From Macrostomum lignano (taxonomy: Eukaryota), in NCBI GenBank assembly GCA_002269645.1, contig NIVC01000418.1, forward strand, positions 1 to 64,000: a stretch of 64,000 nucleotides of DNA, written 5' to 3'. Below the pieces are notes generated by a model. It searched no databases, was not told the DNA's origin, and was given only the letters and a program-made list of their open reading frames with translations. The first letter of the stretch is position 1, and every line of letters starts with the position of its first letter. Positions 1-13,364 of this stretch are shown here, piece after piece. Made by a program: the position numbers and the translations under genes.

Positions 1-239
1 CGGCATTAGTAGAAAGATTCTCTTCGCTAAAATTAATCGCAACTTGCAATAGCCAGCAGAATCAGAGATGGATCTATTAACCCATTGTGAACTTTAACAG
101 CTGGTGCTATATTAATAATAATAATAATAGTAATAATAATATTTTCATATAATAATCCGCATATTTCCTGTGTCGTGTCAATCTATTATCTATAAATCTT
201 TGCAATCTTTTTGTTTGTATAATCTACAAATATCTGACA

Positions 240-830
240 ATCAATTAACCTGCCAATAAATCAACCAAACTACCTGCAAATAAAATTCATCGATTTACCT
301 GCCTATCAATCAATCTATTTGCCAATAAATTAATCAATTTAACTGCCAATCAACCAATCAATCAAGTAATCGATTTACCTGCCAATCAATAAATCGATCT
401 ACCTGCCAATCAATAAATCGATCTACCTGCCAATCAATAAATCGATCTACCTGCCAATCAATAAATCAATCAATCTACAAGCCTATACATCAATGAATCT
501 AGCTGTCTATCAATAAATCAATCAATCTACCAGCCTATAAATCAATCAATCTACCTGTCGATCAATAAATCAATCAATCTACCTGTCGATCAATAAATAA
601 ATCAATCTACCTGTCGATCAATAAATCAATCAATCTACCGGCCTGCCTATCAATCAATCAATTAGTCAAACAGTCGATCAATCAATAAATCAATAAATCA
701 ATCTACCTGCCAATATATCAATCAATCAATCAATCTACCTGCCAATAAATAAATCAATCAATAAATCAATCTACCTACATACAAACACATACATAAACCT
801 AACAAGGACCAAGACAATAAATTATCTATC
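240..830. repeat. Degenerate AATC-rich tandem repeat
   Basis: Recurring AATCAATCTACCTGCC/AATAAATC units. Confidence 0.75.
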
Positions 831-1480
831 AATAGATCTATCTAATCCAGTTGGCAAAGCAACACTCCCAGTCAGACACCCCGATGATCGAATGCCCTGT
901 TCAAGTAGCCCGACCGCTGACGCTGGTGTTGGTCGAACTCGCCTCGATGCAGGCCGCCCTGCTGCCAATAATAGAAGTGATCGCTGCCGGAAAAGTGCAC
1001 CCGGTCCAGCTCAGAGCCCTGATGCCGCGTGACCTGTCTCGAGCCGTTTGAGGCCCGGTTGGCAGACCAGCAGCCGTCGCCGAGTTGTTGTCATGGCAAC
1101 GGCTTCCGTCTGCTCCTGTTAATTTTGTTTAAATTATGTGTCAAACTTATTTCGCTTATTGGATAGCATTTAAATAATTAAAAAGTTGTGTATAAAATCT
1201 GGTTATTAGTATTTGATAATTTTTTGCTTCAAAAGCGATAATTTCAATAAGATATCTGGTAGATTACTGATTAAACTATTACTTAAAGTAGCAAAACGCA
1301 TTTTAAGCTCGAATTTCTGTCGGCCTTTCATCAAGCTGAAGTGGGTGCTGGAATTTTAAATTTATGATGAATTTTTATTTTGGCTTGTTTCTTGCTGAGT
1401 TCAAATGAGCATTTTGGGAGGCAAGCGGGTTTTGTAAGGCGCTTGTTTGAGATGGCGCGCTAAGAGACTGCGGGCGTAAT

Positions 1481-1645
1481 TTTCTAGGGTAGTTTAGGGC
1501 GATTTCTAGGGTAGTTTAGGGCGATTTCTAGGGTAGTTTAGGGCGATTCCCTAGGGTACATGCGTTAGGGACGAGTTTATGACGATTTTCTAGGTAGTTA
1601 GGGCGCTTTTCTAAGGTGGTTTAAGGCCGATTTTTAAGGTAGTTT
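1481..1645. repeat. 22-bp tandem repeat
   Basis: TTCTAGGGTAGTTTAGGGCGAT, a few decaying copies. Confidence 0.75.
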
Positions 1646-2502
1646 ATTAGGTAGCTATTCTCAAATGTACAGCTAATTACATGTAGATATTCAAGCAATC
1701 AATCATATGTTAGAAATTTTGTACTTTGTACTTTTCACGCAACCGCACAACTTTGGCCCAATCTGTGCAATTTAAACTGCCGAATTTCTGCTAAGAAAAA
1801 TTCTAAATTCATCAACAAATGCATTGAGATTATAAATTAGCAATTCGGGAAATTTTTCGCTAAACGCGCCTTACTGATGCAAACTACTGTTAGTAGGTGA
1901 AATGCAAATAGTCGCACTAATTTATGCTTTCTTAACAGTGCAACAGCACGGGCTCCTCTTCAATAGAGTTGCCTCGGCCATAAATTATGCCAGACTCTGA
2001 ACTGGCAGCTTCATCAATATCCCAGCTTTTCTGTTGCCGCTGCGAGTGACTCTGCTGATGCATTGAATTTGCATAGTAATAAAATTATTAGTGTTAACAT
2101 AATTAGGAATACAATCAGTTTTTAATACCACAGAACTACTCCATTCGTTTCTTAGAAAATCTTTACATTATTAATTATCATGATGGTATTAAATATACTC
2201 ACAAAACTTTGGCTCTGTGTCCGAAATTTGAGTTAGAAGCCTTTTAGGATGTTAAAAAAGACATTCAGTAAAATTTAGTAAAGGATTAGTGGCTGTTAAA
2301 AAACTTAAGTAGCAGCAAGAGTTTAGTGTATTAAAAATGGCATACAGGTGTACTTTAACGCCAGTATACCTTCGGAATGAATAGCAAAGCGACTAACGCC
2401 GAGGTCAGGGTGGCCAGCGTTGCTATGCTGAAAGCGCGTTGGTTAATAGTGCAGACAATTAACAGGTAAGAGTGGCGCCAGTTAGTGCTAGTGGGTACGA
2501 GA

Positions 2503-2943
2503 GACACAGAGGGATCTAGACACGAGAGACACCAGGGGGATCTAGACACGAGAGACACCAGGGGGATGTAGACACGGAAGACACCAGGGGGATCTAGACA
2601 CGAGAGACACCAGGGGGATCTAGACACGAGAGACACCAGGGGATCTAGACACGATAGACACCAGGGGGATCTAGACACGATAGACACCAGGGGGATCTAG
2701 ACACGAGAGACACCAGGGGGATCTAGACACGAGAGACACCAGGGGCATCTAGACACGGAGACACCAGGGGGATCTAGACACGAGAGACAGCCAGGGGATC
2801 TAGACACGGGAGACACCAGGGGGATCTAGACACGGAGACACCAGGGGGTTCTAGACACGATAGACACCAGGGGATCTAGAGACGGGAGACAGCAGGGGGA
2901 TCTAGACACGCGAGATACCAGGGGGATCTAGACACGAGAGACG
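2503..2943. repeat. ~26-bp minisatellite
   Basis: GGGGGATCTAGACACGAGAGACACCA units. Confidence 0.9.
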
Positions 2944-3607
2944 CCCCAGAGTAGTTTTAGAGTGGTTGCAGGTAACACAGGTAAAATAGGAAAGAAGTTA
3001 ATCTATACGACTCTAAAATGACGAGATGTCACTGTACAAGTCGCCAAAAAGTTGTCAAAGAGCATTTTTGAGACGTTTATTGTCTGCTAGATGGGCCACT
3101 CAGGCACATACTACTAGTAAAACAGCTTTCTTCTACTTTCAGTTCAGTAGCAATGAAGAATACATAAGCTATTTTAAGATAATAAAGGCAGCTGAAATGA
3201 CTTTGATAAGTTTAGAAGCCCAAGCTTAACAGTAGGATGGAAACAACCGAGGAAGTTAATAATAGTTAGGGCGGCAAGGCGGTGGTAGAGGTTCTGTGTG
3301 GATGTGGAGTTTGAGGGTTTAAGCTTGGGAGGGGGTAAGAGCCAATAAATAAAAAATACATTAAAATGCTTCAGTTTAACTTACTACTGAACTGAAAGTA
3401 GCTTACACGCAAATGTGCTGAGTGGCCCATTTAGTTATTCAAGTGTCTGTGGACACAACAAAATGACTCCGTCGCATTTACAGTCGTTTGCGTCATTAAA
3501 AAGTCACAAGAGTCGCTAGAGCCACTAGTGAGTCACTAGGGAACCAGCATTCCCACATGAAAAATCCCATCAGCCCAGCATTGCTACCCATGCGCTAAAA
3601 AGCTTAC

Positions 3608-6600
3608 CGGCATGTCAGCCTCGGGCACCTGCAGCTCCTTCATGCTGGCCTTGTTGCGCGAGTCGTGCAGACACTTCAACAGCAGGTCGGGTGTCAGCGA
3701 CACGGCAGTCAGTACCAGCATAATCAACCAGCTGACTGGCTGCTTGTTAATATCGAAATACACCCACAGAAAATTATTGAAAGCGAAAAAATTTACTCCG
3801 ATTATGTTGTACACGGACATGACTAGGATAAAGCCGACCACGGTGACCACCAGGCCAATAAGGGTCGGCACATTGATGCTGTACGTCACCAGCACAAGGC
3901 GAAGCGTGACACAGATCATCACGCACTGGACTACTAGGGCGCCGAACTCGAACACGCCGTAGTTGAAGGTGGCGTTGATGCCCATCTGTGAGTAAATTGG
4001 GTTGGGTTGCGGAGAGTCTAGATCCCATTGTGTCTAGATCCCATTGTGTCTAGATCCCATTGTGTCTAGATCCCATTGTGTCTAGATCCCATTGTGTCTA
4101 GATCCCACTGTGTCTAGATCCCACTGTGTCTAGATCCCATTGTGTCTAGATCCCATTGTGTCTAGATCCCATTGTGTCTAGATCCCACTGTGTCTAGATC
4201 CCATTGTGTCAAGATCCCACTGTGTCTAGATCCCATTGTGTCTAGATCCCATTGTGTCTAGATCCCATTGTGTCTAGATCTCATTGTGTTTAGATCCCAT
4301 TGTGTCTAGATCCCATTGTGTCTAGATCCCATTGTGTCTAGATCCCATTGTGTCTAGATCCCATTGTGTCTAGTAGATCCCATTGTGTCTAGATTCCACT
4401 GTGTCAAGATCCCACTGTGTCTAGATCCTATTGTGTCTAGATCCCATTGTGTCTAGATCCCATTGTGTCTAGATCCCATTGTGTCTAGATCCCATTGTGT
4501 CTAGATCCCATTGTGTCTAGATCCCACTGTGTCTAGATCCCACTGTGTCTAGATCCCACTGTGTCTAGATCCCACTGTGTCTAGATCCCATTGTGTCTAG
4601 ATCCCATTGTGTCTAGATCCCACTGTGTCTAGATCCCATTGTGTCAAGATCCCATTGTGTCTAGATCCCACTGTGTCTAGATCCCATTGTGTCTAGATCC
4701 CATTGTGTCTAGATCCCATTGTGTCTAGATCCCATTGTGTCTAGATCCCACTGTGTCTAGATCCCATTGTGTCTAGATCCTACTGTGTCTAGATCCCATT
4801 GTGTCTAGATCCCATTGTGTCTAGATCCCATTGTGTCTAGATCCCATTGTGTCTAGATCCCATTGTGTCTAGATCCAATTGTGTCTAGATCCAATTGTGT
4901 CTAGATCCCATTGTGTCTAGATCCAATTGTGTCTAGATCCCATTGTGTCTAGATCCTACTGTGTCTAGATCCTACTGTGTCTAGATCCCACTGTGTCTAG
5001 ATCCCACTGTGTCTAGATCCCACTGTGTCTAGATCCCATTGTGTCTAGTAGATCCCATTGTGTCTAGATCCCATTGTGTCTAGATCCCATTGTGTCTAGA
5101 TCCAATTGTGTCTAGATCCCATTGTGTCTAGATCCCATTGTGTCTAGATCCAATTGTGTCTAGATCCCATTGTGTCTAGATCCTACTGTGTCTAGATCCC
5201 ACTGTGTCTAGATTCCATTGTGTCTAGATCCCATTGTGTCTAGTAGATCCCATTGTGTCTAGATCCCATTGTGTCTAGATCCAATTGTGTCTAGATCCCA
5301 TTGTGGCCGGGGCTGTTGCCCCAGGACCCCGGGTCCTGCACGTAATGGCGTGGTGAACTATCTGTGCAGTATGAGACTGGTATGGCCTTTATCCCAGCCA
5401 GCGATGCTCACACCTGCCTCCCCTGGCGGGCTGATAGCTCAAGAGACTCTGTCTCCTGTTTTCACCTTGCAAGGCGCACTTCGAAGGGTACTCGTCCCGT
5501 GGGTGTTAAGGCAGGCCCCCTTGGGCCCTGCCGAGCTGATTCGTTGGCGCCGGGTCCTGGTGTGACCATAAACGCACCCTCTAATGTCCCAGTGTAACTC
5601 CGTGCTGATGGACGCTTGGCCAGGGAGTAGTCTGGTCGCTAACGGTTCCCCTTGCGCTTTTGGGTCCCCCCGCAGGGTGGTATTTTGCTTTTTGGGGGCC
5701 TGCCGCTTGGTTTGGGGTTGCGGCCTTGCGGCTCTTTGCCTGTGTTCTGCAGGAAGTCCCACCTTTTTACTTCCAGCCAATGGCTTCTAACCGAAGTAAC
5801 AAACCGGCTGTGGATGACACAGTGCCTCCGGCCTCGGCTGGGGCCGTGGACTCCTCGGCCATACCACCTGCTACCATCGGGGACGCCTCGGCGAGACCCG
5901 TGGAGCCAACTCTGAGCGGTGCCTCCGAGAAGACACCTGCTACTCCAGCTGCTAAGAAACGCAGCACCACCTCTGGAGCTGCCCGCCGTCGACTTAACAA
6001 GGCGAGGCGGGCCAAGGAGGGCGGAAGCCAAACCGGTGCCAGGGGCCAACGGCCCGCGGCAGCGGAAGCTTCCCAGTCTGGGGCGGTGGCGGAAGAGGGC
6101 CTCGAGCCCACGGAAGCCCCTGCCCAGGATAGGGAGGCCGATGCAGCCGGAGGGTGGACAGCCCACCTGAAGAAAGCTCCACTGACCCCCGGGCCTCCTA
6201 CGCTGATGCGGCAAAGAGGCAACCGGCGGTTGTCATCCTGGGAAAGGACGCGCGCCTGTCTCCCGATCAGCTGAAGCAGGTGAGAAGTGCCGTTGATGGC
6301 CTCCTGTGGAAGCAAACTCTGAAGGGCACGCCTCTGAACATTCATTCGAATGCGACGAGGGACTCGTGCCTTCTCATTTGGCCCAGTGATGCTGACTCGG
6401 GTCGGCGGCTCCTTGAGCTGCTGCCCGAGCAGAGCTGGGACCTCAACCTAGCCTTCTGCAGAGAGGACGAGCGCCCCCGGACCAAGAGGCATCGAATCTG
6501 GGTCCCGGCCAGGAGCGTTGTTACCTCTGCTGACGAGCTCCGGAAAGGACTGCTAGCAGTCAACCGGGAGCTTCCCGCCGCGGGCCTAGTGGTGCATGAC

Positions 6601-9600
6601 ACCCTTAAGCGCACCGACGGCACTGGCTTCACAGCCATCCTGGGGCTGTCGGACGCCTGGATGAGGCGTTATCCACACGGCAGCTTCATCAACGTCGGCC
6701 TTTGGAAGCTGCGCATCCGCTCCTACGAGGCCGACCCTCCCCGTGGCAGTGAGCAGGGCGGGCGGGATGCGGAGGCGGCCGGGGCCGAGGCGCAAGCCTC
6801 TGCTCAGACTGCCAAAGCAAACCGCCCTGCCCGGCAGCACGGCCGCGCGGGCAAAGCTGAGCGCGCTGCTGAGGGCGGAGGCGACCGACGCCCGGCGCGC
6901 AGCACCAAGCGGCGCGGCCTGTACCAGCGTGCAGCTGAGGCAGTCCGTACCGCCAAAATCTCCCAGCTGAGGCGAGAGGTCGCCGGGACGCCTAGGCGCA
7001 CCAGTTCGTCCAGGGAGGGTGGGGACGTCCCAGCTGGGCCCAACCCCTCGGGGCAGGGCCGACTGGAGACGGACCCGCCTGCCCAGGCGGCTGGCTGCTC
7101 CAGGGCATTGGGCCAATCTGAGGCGGAGGACCCCATGGATGGTGGGCAAAGGGCGGCGAACGCTGCCTACTGCCTTCCGGCCAATCGGGGGCCTTTTGCT
7201 GAAGAAGAGCCCATGGACACCGGCGACCCCGACCCGAAGCCGGTGAGCGCCGAGGAGGAGGAGGAACTCCTGGCGGCTGCAACATCCGATCTGCAATGAT
7301 GCCAGCGACTACCTGGTGTCTGCAGATCAACACCCAGCACTGCGTGGCGGCGTCGGTCAACCTGATGCGCACGGCAGAGCAACAGCTTCCGGGCCTGGTC
7401 TTCGTACAGGAGCCCTGGATGACTAAAGGTAAGCCAAATAATGTGCCATCTGGCTACCACTGTTTTTGCATGGCGGGCTCTCAGCCTCGCCCAAGATCTC
7501 TGGTCTTTGCTGCAAAAGCTTTTGAGGCATGGATGAGACCTGATCTCTCGACTGGGGACATCTGTGTTGTTCAAATCAATAACCTCATTCCCAATAAACC
7601 TGTGCTGGTAGCTTCTGCCTATTTCCCGGGCGATGCCCCAGTTGTCTGCGACGCGTTAGTCAACCTTACTGACTATGCTGCGTCCCATCGGTTCGAGCTG
7701 CTCATTGCAGGGGATGTGAACGCACACCACCTGCATTGGGGCAGCAAGAACATCAATAGCAGAGGCGAGGAGCTGCTGGCCTATGTCAGCAGCACTAACC
7801 TCAACTTCTGTAACGTGGGCAATGCACCAACGTTCAATAATGGGCGGTGGGCCGAAGTCATCGACACCACCATCGCCTCACCCGGACTGCTTTCCGCAGT
7901 TACGGGCTGGCGAGTGTGGGACGAGGACTCGCTCTCGGACCACCGCTTTATCCGCTTTTGCATTGGGCCGACCAAGCAAAAGCCTAAGGTCACTTGGAGT
8001 CGGAACGTCAGGAACACCGATTGGGCCGCCTTTGGCTCGAAGCTGAGCCGCGGCCTTCGGGATCTTGACCCCCCCAGTGACCTCTCTGACTGCCAGGTGG
8101 TGGACGATCTCGCCTCCTCCCTGGGCGGGGCGATCACCACTGCCTTTGAAGCAGCCTGCCCCCTAAAGGCCTATAAAGGCAAGAAATCTGCTCCCTGGTG
8201 GAACCCAGAGCTCGGGGCCCTTCGGCGCCGAGCCAGGACCCTCCAAAGGCGAGCGCTCAAAACCAAAGACCCATCTGACAGAGAGGCCTATACCCGTGCG
8301 ATCCACGAGTTTAAGGGCCAAGTCAGAAGGGCCAAGACGGCCAAGTGGCGCCAATATTGCGAAGGGCTTGAGGGCTCTCGCCCCGTAGCCCGCGTGGTTA
8401 AGGCACTCACTAATGACCGTTTTTCTAAACTCTCTGTTGTGAAGAGACCTGACGGCTCGGTCACAGAGAGTTCGGAAGAGACTCTAGAGCTCATGCTCAA
8501 CAGTTTCTTCCCTAAATCTCCGACTCAGCAGGGCCCGCCCGACCACACAGTGGGGGCAAGGCCTAGCAAAGTCTATGATCACCAAAGACCGCATTATTAG
8601 AGCGGCAAGGTCCTTTAACCCGTTCAAGGCGCCTGGGCCCGACGGCATCTACCCAGCGTTCTTGCACGAGGCGGTGAAAAACCACCGCTTCCTGGACCTG
8701 CTCTGTCGTCTCCTTCGAGCTTGTATGGAGCTGGGCTATGTACCAGTTGCATGGAGAGAGGCCCGGGTGGTCTTTATCCCCAAGCCTGGAAAGAGCGACT
8801 ACCAATCGGTGAAGGCCTTCAGGCCTATCAGCCTCACTTCTTTCTGCCTCAAGCTCCTCGAGAGACTGGTGCTTTGGCGCCTACTTTCGGTCGAGCTGAA
8901 GCGCTTCCCACTCTCGCAGAACCAGCACGCCTTCCGCGCGGGCAGGTCAACCGAGAGTGCTCTCCATGTCATTGTTGACTTCCTGGAGAGGGCCGTTCTT
9001 GGCAGCGGCTTTGCCCTCTCGCTTTTCCTGGACATTGAGGGGGCCTTCGACAACGTCATCTTCGAGGCCTTTTGCAGAGCCCTGGAATCCAGGGCCACGC
9101 ACCCTCACCTTGTCCGGTGGATCATGTTCATGATCCGAAACCGCACTGTTGTGGCCCACCTGAGCGGCAGCTCTCTTTCGGTGCCTGTCCTGAAAGGGGG
9201 CCCCCAGGGCGGCGTTCTCACCCCCGTTCTCTGGAACATGGTCATGGATGAGTTGCTTTGCAGTGATCTCCACGACCCCATTCTCAAGGTGGGCTATGCC
9301 GATGATGTGACCGCGATATGCGCGGGCCCCTCGGTTGATACCATCAGAGACCTTCTGCAGGGCTTTCTGGGACGAGCGGAGCGTTGGGCAGACCAATGTG
9401 GCCTTAGACTCTCAGAGTCGAAAACCACAGCAGTCATGTTTACCAACAAACTGCTCTGGACCATTAAGCCCCTCACCCTCTATGGAAAGAATATTTCCAT
9501 GGAAAGCAGGTCCGCTGCCTGGGCCTCACTCTGGACCACAGGCTTAACTGGACTCCGCACATTCAAACTAAAGCCAAAAAAGCCCTGGCTGTACTGGCTC

Positions 9601-12600
9601 AGATCAGGCGCGCCGTGGGCACCACCTGGGGGCTCACCCCCAGGAAGCTGTGGTGGATTTACACTGCCATCATCCGCCCCTCGATCAGTTACGCCAGCCT
9701 CGTGTGGGCTAGCGGCCTGAGCGTCAAGAGCAACCTCGACGCTCTCTACAAAATCCAGGGCAGAGCCTGCCGCATGACTATGGGCGCTCCACCCTCTACT
9801 CCTTTTGAAGGCATGAATGCCTTCCTCTGTGCCCCTCCTTTGGATATTTATATCAAAGGAGAGGCGGCGAAGAGCACCCGGCGTCTTCTGGATGCTGGGG
9901 TGGCCTTCAAGAAAGTGCGGGCCTTTAAGAAGCGGTCGCTTATCCCGCACTCTGACCTCTGCCTCAAGGCTCTCGAGGAGTGTGGCGGGCTCAACATCCT
10001 CACGGACTCGATCCCAGCCACCCTTCTCCTGAGCCAAAGGTATAAGGTCACCATTCAGCCTCGACACGAGGCGAGTGACAGCTGGAGCGACTCTGAAGTC
10101 CACTGTTACACTGACGGCTCTATGAGGCATGGTCTTTCAGGCTTCGGAGCTTGCGTCTTCTTCAAGGGAGAAGTGGTGTGGAGCTACTCCCAGCACACTG
10201 GGCTCAATTCCAGTGTTTTTCAGAGCGAGGTGCTTGCCATCAGCTCCTGCGCGGCAGAGCTGCGCCGAAGGCAGCTTAGCGGCCGGAAATTTATTTTTCA
10301 CTCTGACAGCCAAGCAGCCCTTCGGGCCCTCTGCCGCAGCACCGCCAGCTCCAGGTCCGTCCTGGACTGCAACACCCAGCTCAACGGGCTTGCGCTAGGC
10401 AACCAGGTGGAGCTCAGATGGATCCCGGGCCACGCCGGCTTCCTCGGCAACGAGCGCGCTGACCTGCTGGCCAAGGCTGGCTCCGCCGGCGCGCTATTGG
10501 GGCCGGGCCCGGGTGCCCCCATCCCCGCCTCGGTAATCAATTCCCGCGTTAAGCGCTGGGCTGACTCCGAGCATCTCCGCAGGTGGCACGACACCCGGAA
10601 TTGTAGGCAATCCCGTGCTGCCGTCCCCTGTCCCTCTCCTCTCCTGCGTAGAGCCCTCCTCAGGCTCAACCGCAGAGACCTCAGAGCAGTTAGCATGGCC
10701 CTCTCCGGGCATGGCTGCTTCTCTCGAGACCGCTTCCTTCAGGGCCAAGTACCCGAGGAGCGGTGCCCCTTCTGCCGCTCAGGCAGTGAAAACGCCGAGC
10801 ATTTTATCTGCCACTGCCCGGTTTTCACCAGGGCCAGGCTTACTCACCTCGGGCCAAACCCGGTTCTCTCCGACGTTTGCAGGCCCGAGAGCATCCCGCT
10901 GCTCGCCCGGTACCTCAGGGACACCGGACGAGCTGATTTCTTCCCCACCGTCGGTGAGGAGGACCGCGCTGCAGGCGAGACCGACGGGTCCCCCTGAGCG
11001 ACACCACTTCAACGGAAGTCGTTGGTCGCCAGGGGCTAGCGGAATGGGCGGTCTCCTCCGCCTCCTCGCTGCATCCGCCGGACGCCCCCTGCAGCTAAGT
11101 CAAGTAAGTCAAGATCCCATTGTGTCTAGATCCCATTGTGTCTAGATCCCACTGTGTCTAGATCCCATTGTGTCTAGATCCCATTGTGTCTAGATCCCAT
11201 TGTGTCTAGATCCCACTGTGTCTAGATCCCACTGTGTCTAGATCCCATTGTGCCTAGATCCCATTGTGTCTAGATCCCATTGTGTCTAGATCCCATTGTG
11301 TCTAGATCCCACTGTGCCTATTTAAAAAGTCGTTCCTAAATCCCCTAATGCCCAGAGACCACATAAACTAGCAGGGTCTAACAGATAGAACCTACCTGGT
11401 CATTAACGGCCAACACGGCCACAACACCGTAGTGACAGCACACGGAATGCCAGAGTCCCAGGGCGCACCAGATTAACAGATCTCGCCACCAGAGCAGCCT
11501 GTTAGAGGCAATAGTAATGTACAGCTCCGGCTCCTGATACAGCCGGTACCGATGCACATGCTGCTCAAAGATGCCAAAGAGCAGAATAGGCAGCGAGGTC
11601 ATAGTCATGTTATAAATGGTCAAGTAGATTGTATCATAGAGAGACTGGGCGCTGAAGCCCGAATGGAAAGCGTAGAACAGTTCGGCCGTGATGAAGGCGA
11701 CATTCTTATAGAAGAAATACTGCACCAAGGTTGCCAGGCGGACATAGTACAGGTGGCCGTGGAAAAGCAGCGCCTTTCTAAGAAACTGGAATCTGGCGAA
11801 GGCGTAGTCGGAGTTGAGCGCGGCTGCGCGGCCCTCCTTGCCGTAGAGGCCGACGCCGACGTGCGCCTCGCGGATCATCGACACGTCGTTTGCGCCGTCA
11901 CCGATGGCGCAGGTGACCGGCTTGGGCTCGACACCGTTGCGCACCTGGTTGCCAAGGAGGAGGCTTTGATCAATGGTTACCATGACAACCAGGAAACTAT
12001 ATAAAATTGCCAGTTTCATATTAAGATGAAACCGAAAACTCTGCAAAAAATCTTTAATTAGATGTTACCATGGCAACCAAAGTAGTATCTATTTTATCAT
12101 AGCAACAATATTTTCATTTTTGCCGAATAAAAATGGGCCGGTCACAATTTTTTGTGACCAAAATAATTGTGACACAGCTTCTGTCACGCTTGTGACCATC
12201 AAGTGGGACCGTGATGTGACCGTCAGTTAACTATGTGACTCTCCGATGTGACCTTGTGACTGTCAGTTAACTATGTGACTCTCTGATGTGACCGTGCGAC
12301 CGTCAGTTAACTATGTGACTCTCCGATGTGACCGTGTGACCGTCAGTTAACTATGTGACTCTCCTATGTGACCATGTGACCGTCAGTTAACTATGTGACT
12401 CACCGATGTGACCTTGTGACCGTCAGTTAACTATGTGACTCTCCGATGTGACCGTGTGACCATCAGTTAACTATGTGACTCTCCGATGTGACCGTGTGAC
12501 CGTCAGTTAACTATGTGACTCTCCGATGTGACCGTGTGACCGTCAGTTAACTATGTGACTCTCCGATGTGACCGTGTGACCGTCAGTTAACTATGTGACT

Positions 12601-13300
12601 CTCCGATGTGACCGTGTGACCGTCAGTTAACTATGTGACTCTTCGATGTGACCGTGTGACCGTCAAATAAACGAGTGACCGTTCATTTGACGGTCACATT
12701 GTAGGTCACATGCTATACCGTTGTTTAAAGGTCACAAAACGGTCACATTTAGTCTATTTGTTGATAGAGTGATAGAATTAGGTGCTTTAAATAAATAAAT
12801 AGACACTATATGTTTCCATGGTTACACACGGTAATGCGCTTAAGGCCTTGAGCAATAAAAATCTGTACTCTTACAGCAGCATTACATAGAAATCCATCAT
12901 CCAGCTCACCATAGCAACCACGCGGGCCTTCTGCAACGGCGTGCACCGGCAGCACAGCACCGCGGAGGTCAGCTGGCACAGCGCCAAAAATTCCGCCTTT
13001 AATTCGGCGCTGTTCTCCGCTACCAGGAATTGCAGCGACTGGCCGTCGACAACCAGGCAGTAGCGGCGGCCCGCCTGCTGGTAGCCGCCGTCGCCTGCGG
13101 AAATTTCCTCCCGTCCTCGGCGGACCTCCGCCAGGCAGCCGGCCTGGGACTGCTGCTCCACTATACGGATGCGCTGCATGGTGTCGTCGAAGTGCCCGGC
13201 AGACAGGCTGATGTTCTCGGCTGTCTCGCGCTTGTCTCCGGTCAGGATCCACACCTGATTGGGGGACAGGGGCTGCGTGATAATGGCAGACAGACAGGCG

Positions 13301-13364
<64 letters not shown>

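Larger units (their letters stand above)
5305..11113 (+). mobile_element. Apparently full-length non-LTR retrotransposon (ORF1 + APE-RT-RNase H-CCHC ORF2; I-group, R1/LOA-like), antisense in ATP11 intron 8
   Basis: GC-rich block interrupting the 16-bp array; 3' tail (TAAGTCAAG)2 at 11096-11113; AGATCCCATTGTG on both sides (5293-5305, 11112-11124) is compatible with a TSD; two-ORF layout. Confidence 0.92.

Noticed and set aside
870-1116. GC-rich minus-strand segment after a TTAACAG acceptor, a possible last exon of ATP11 (another candidate at ~2350-2430)
   Set aside because: Phase and frame cannot be fixed and no motif supports it; not included in the gene model.
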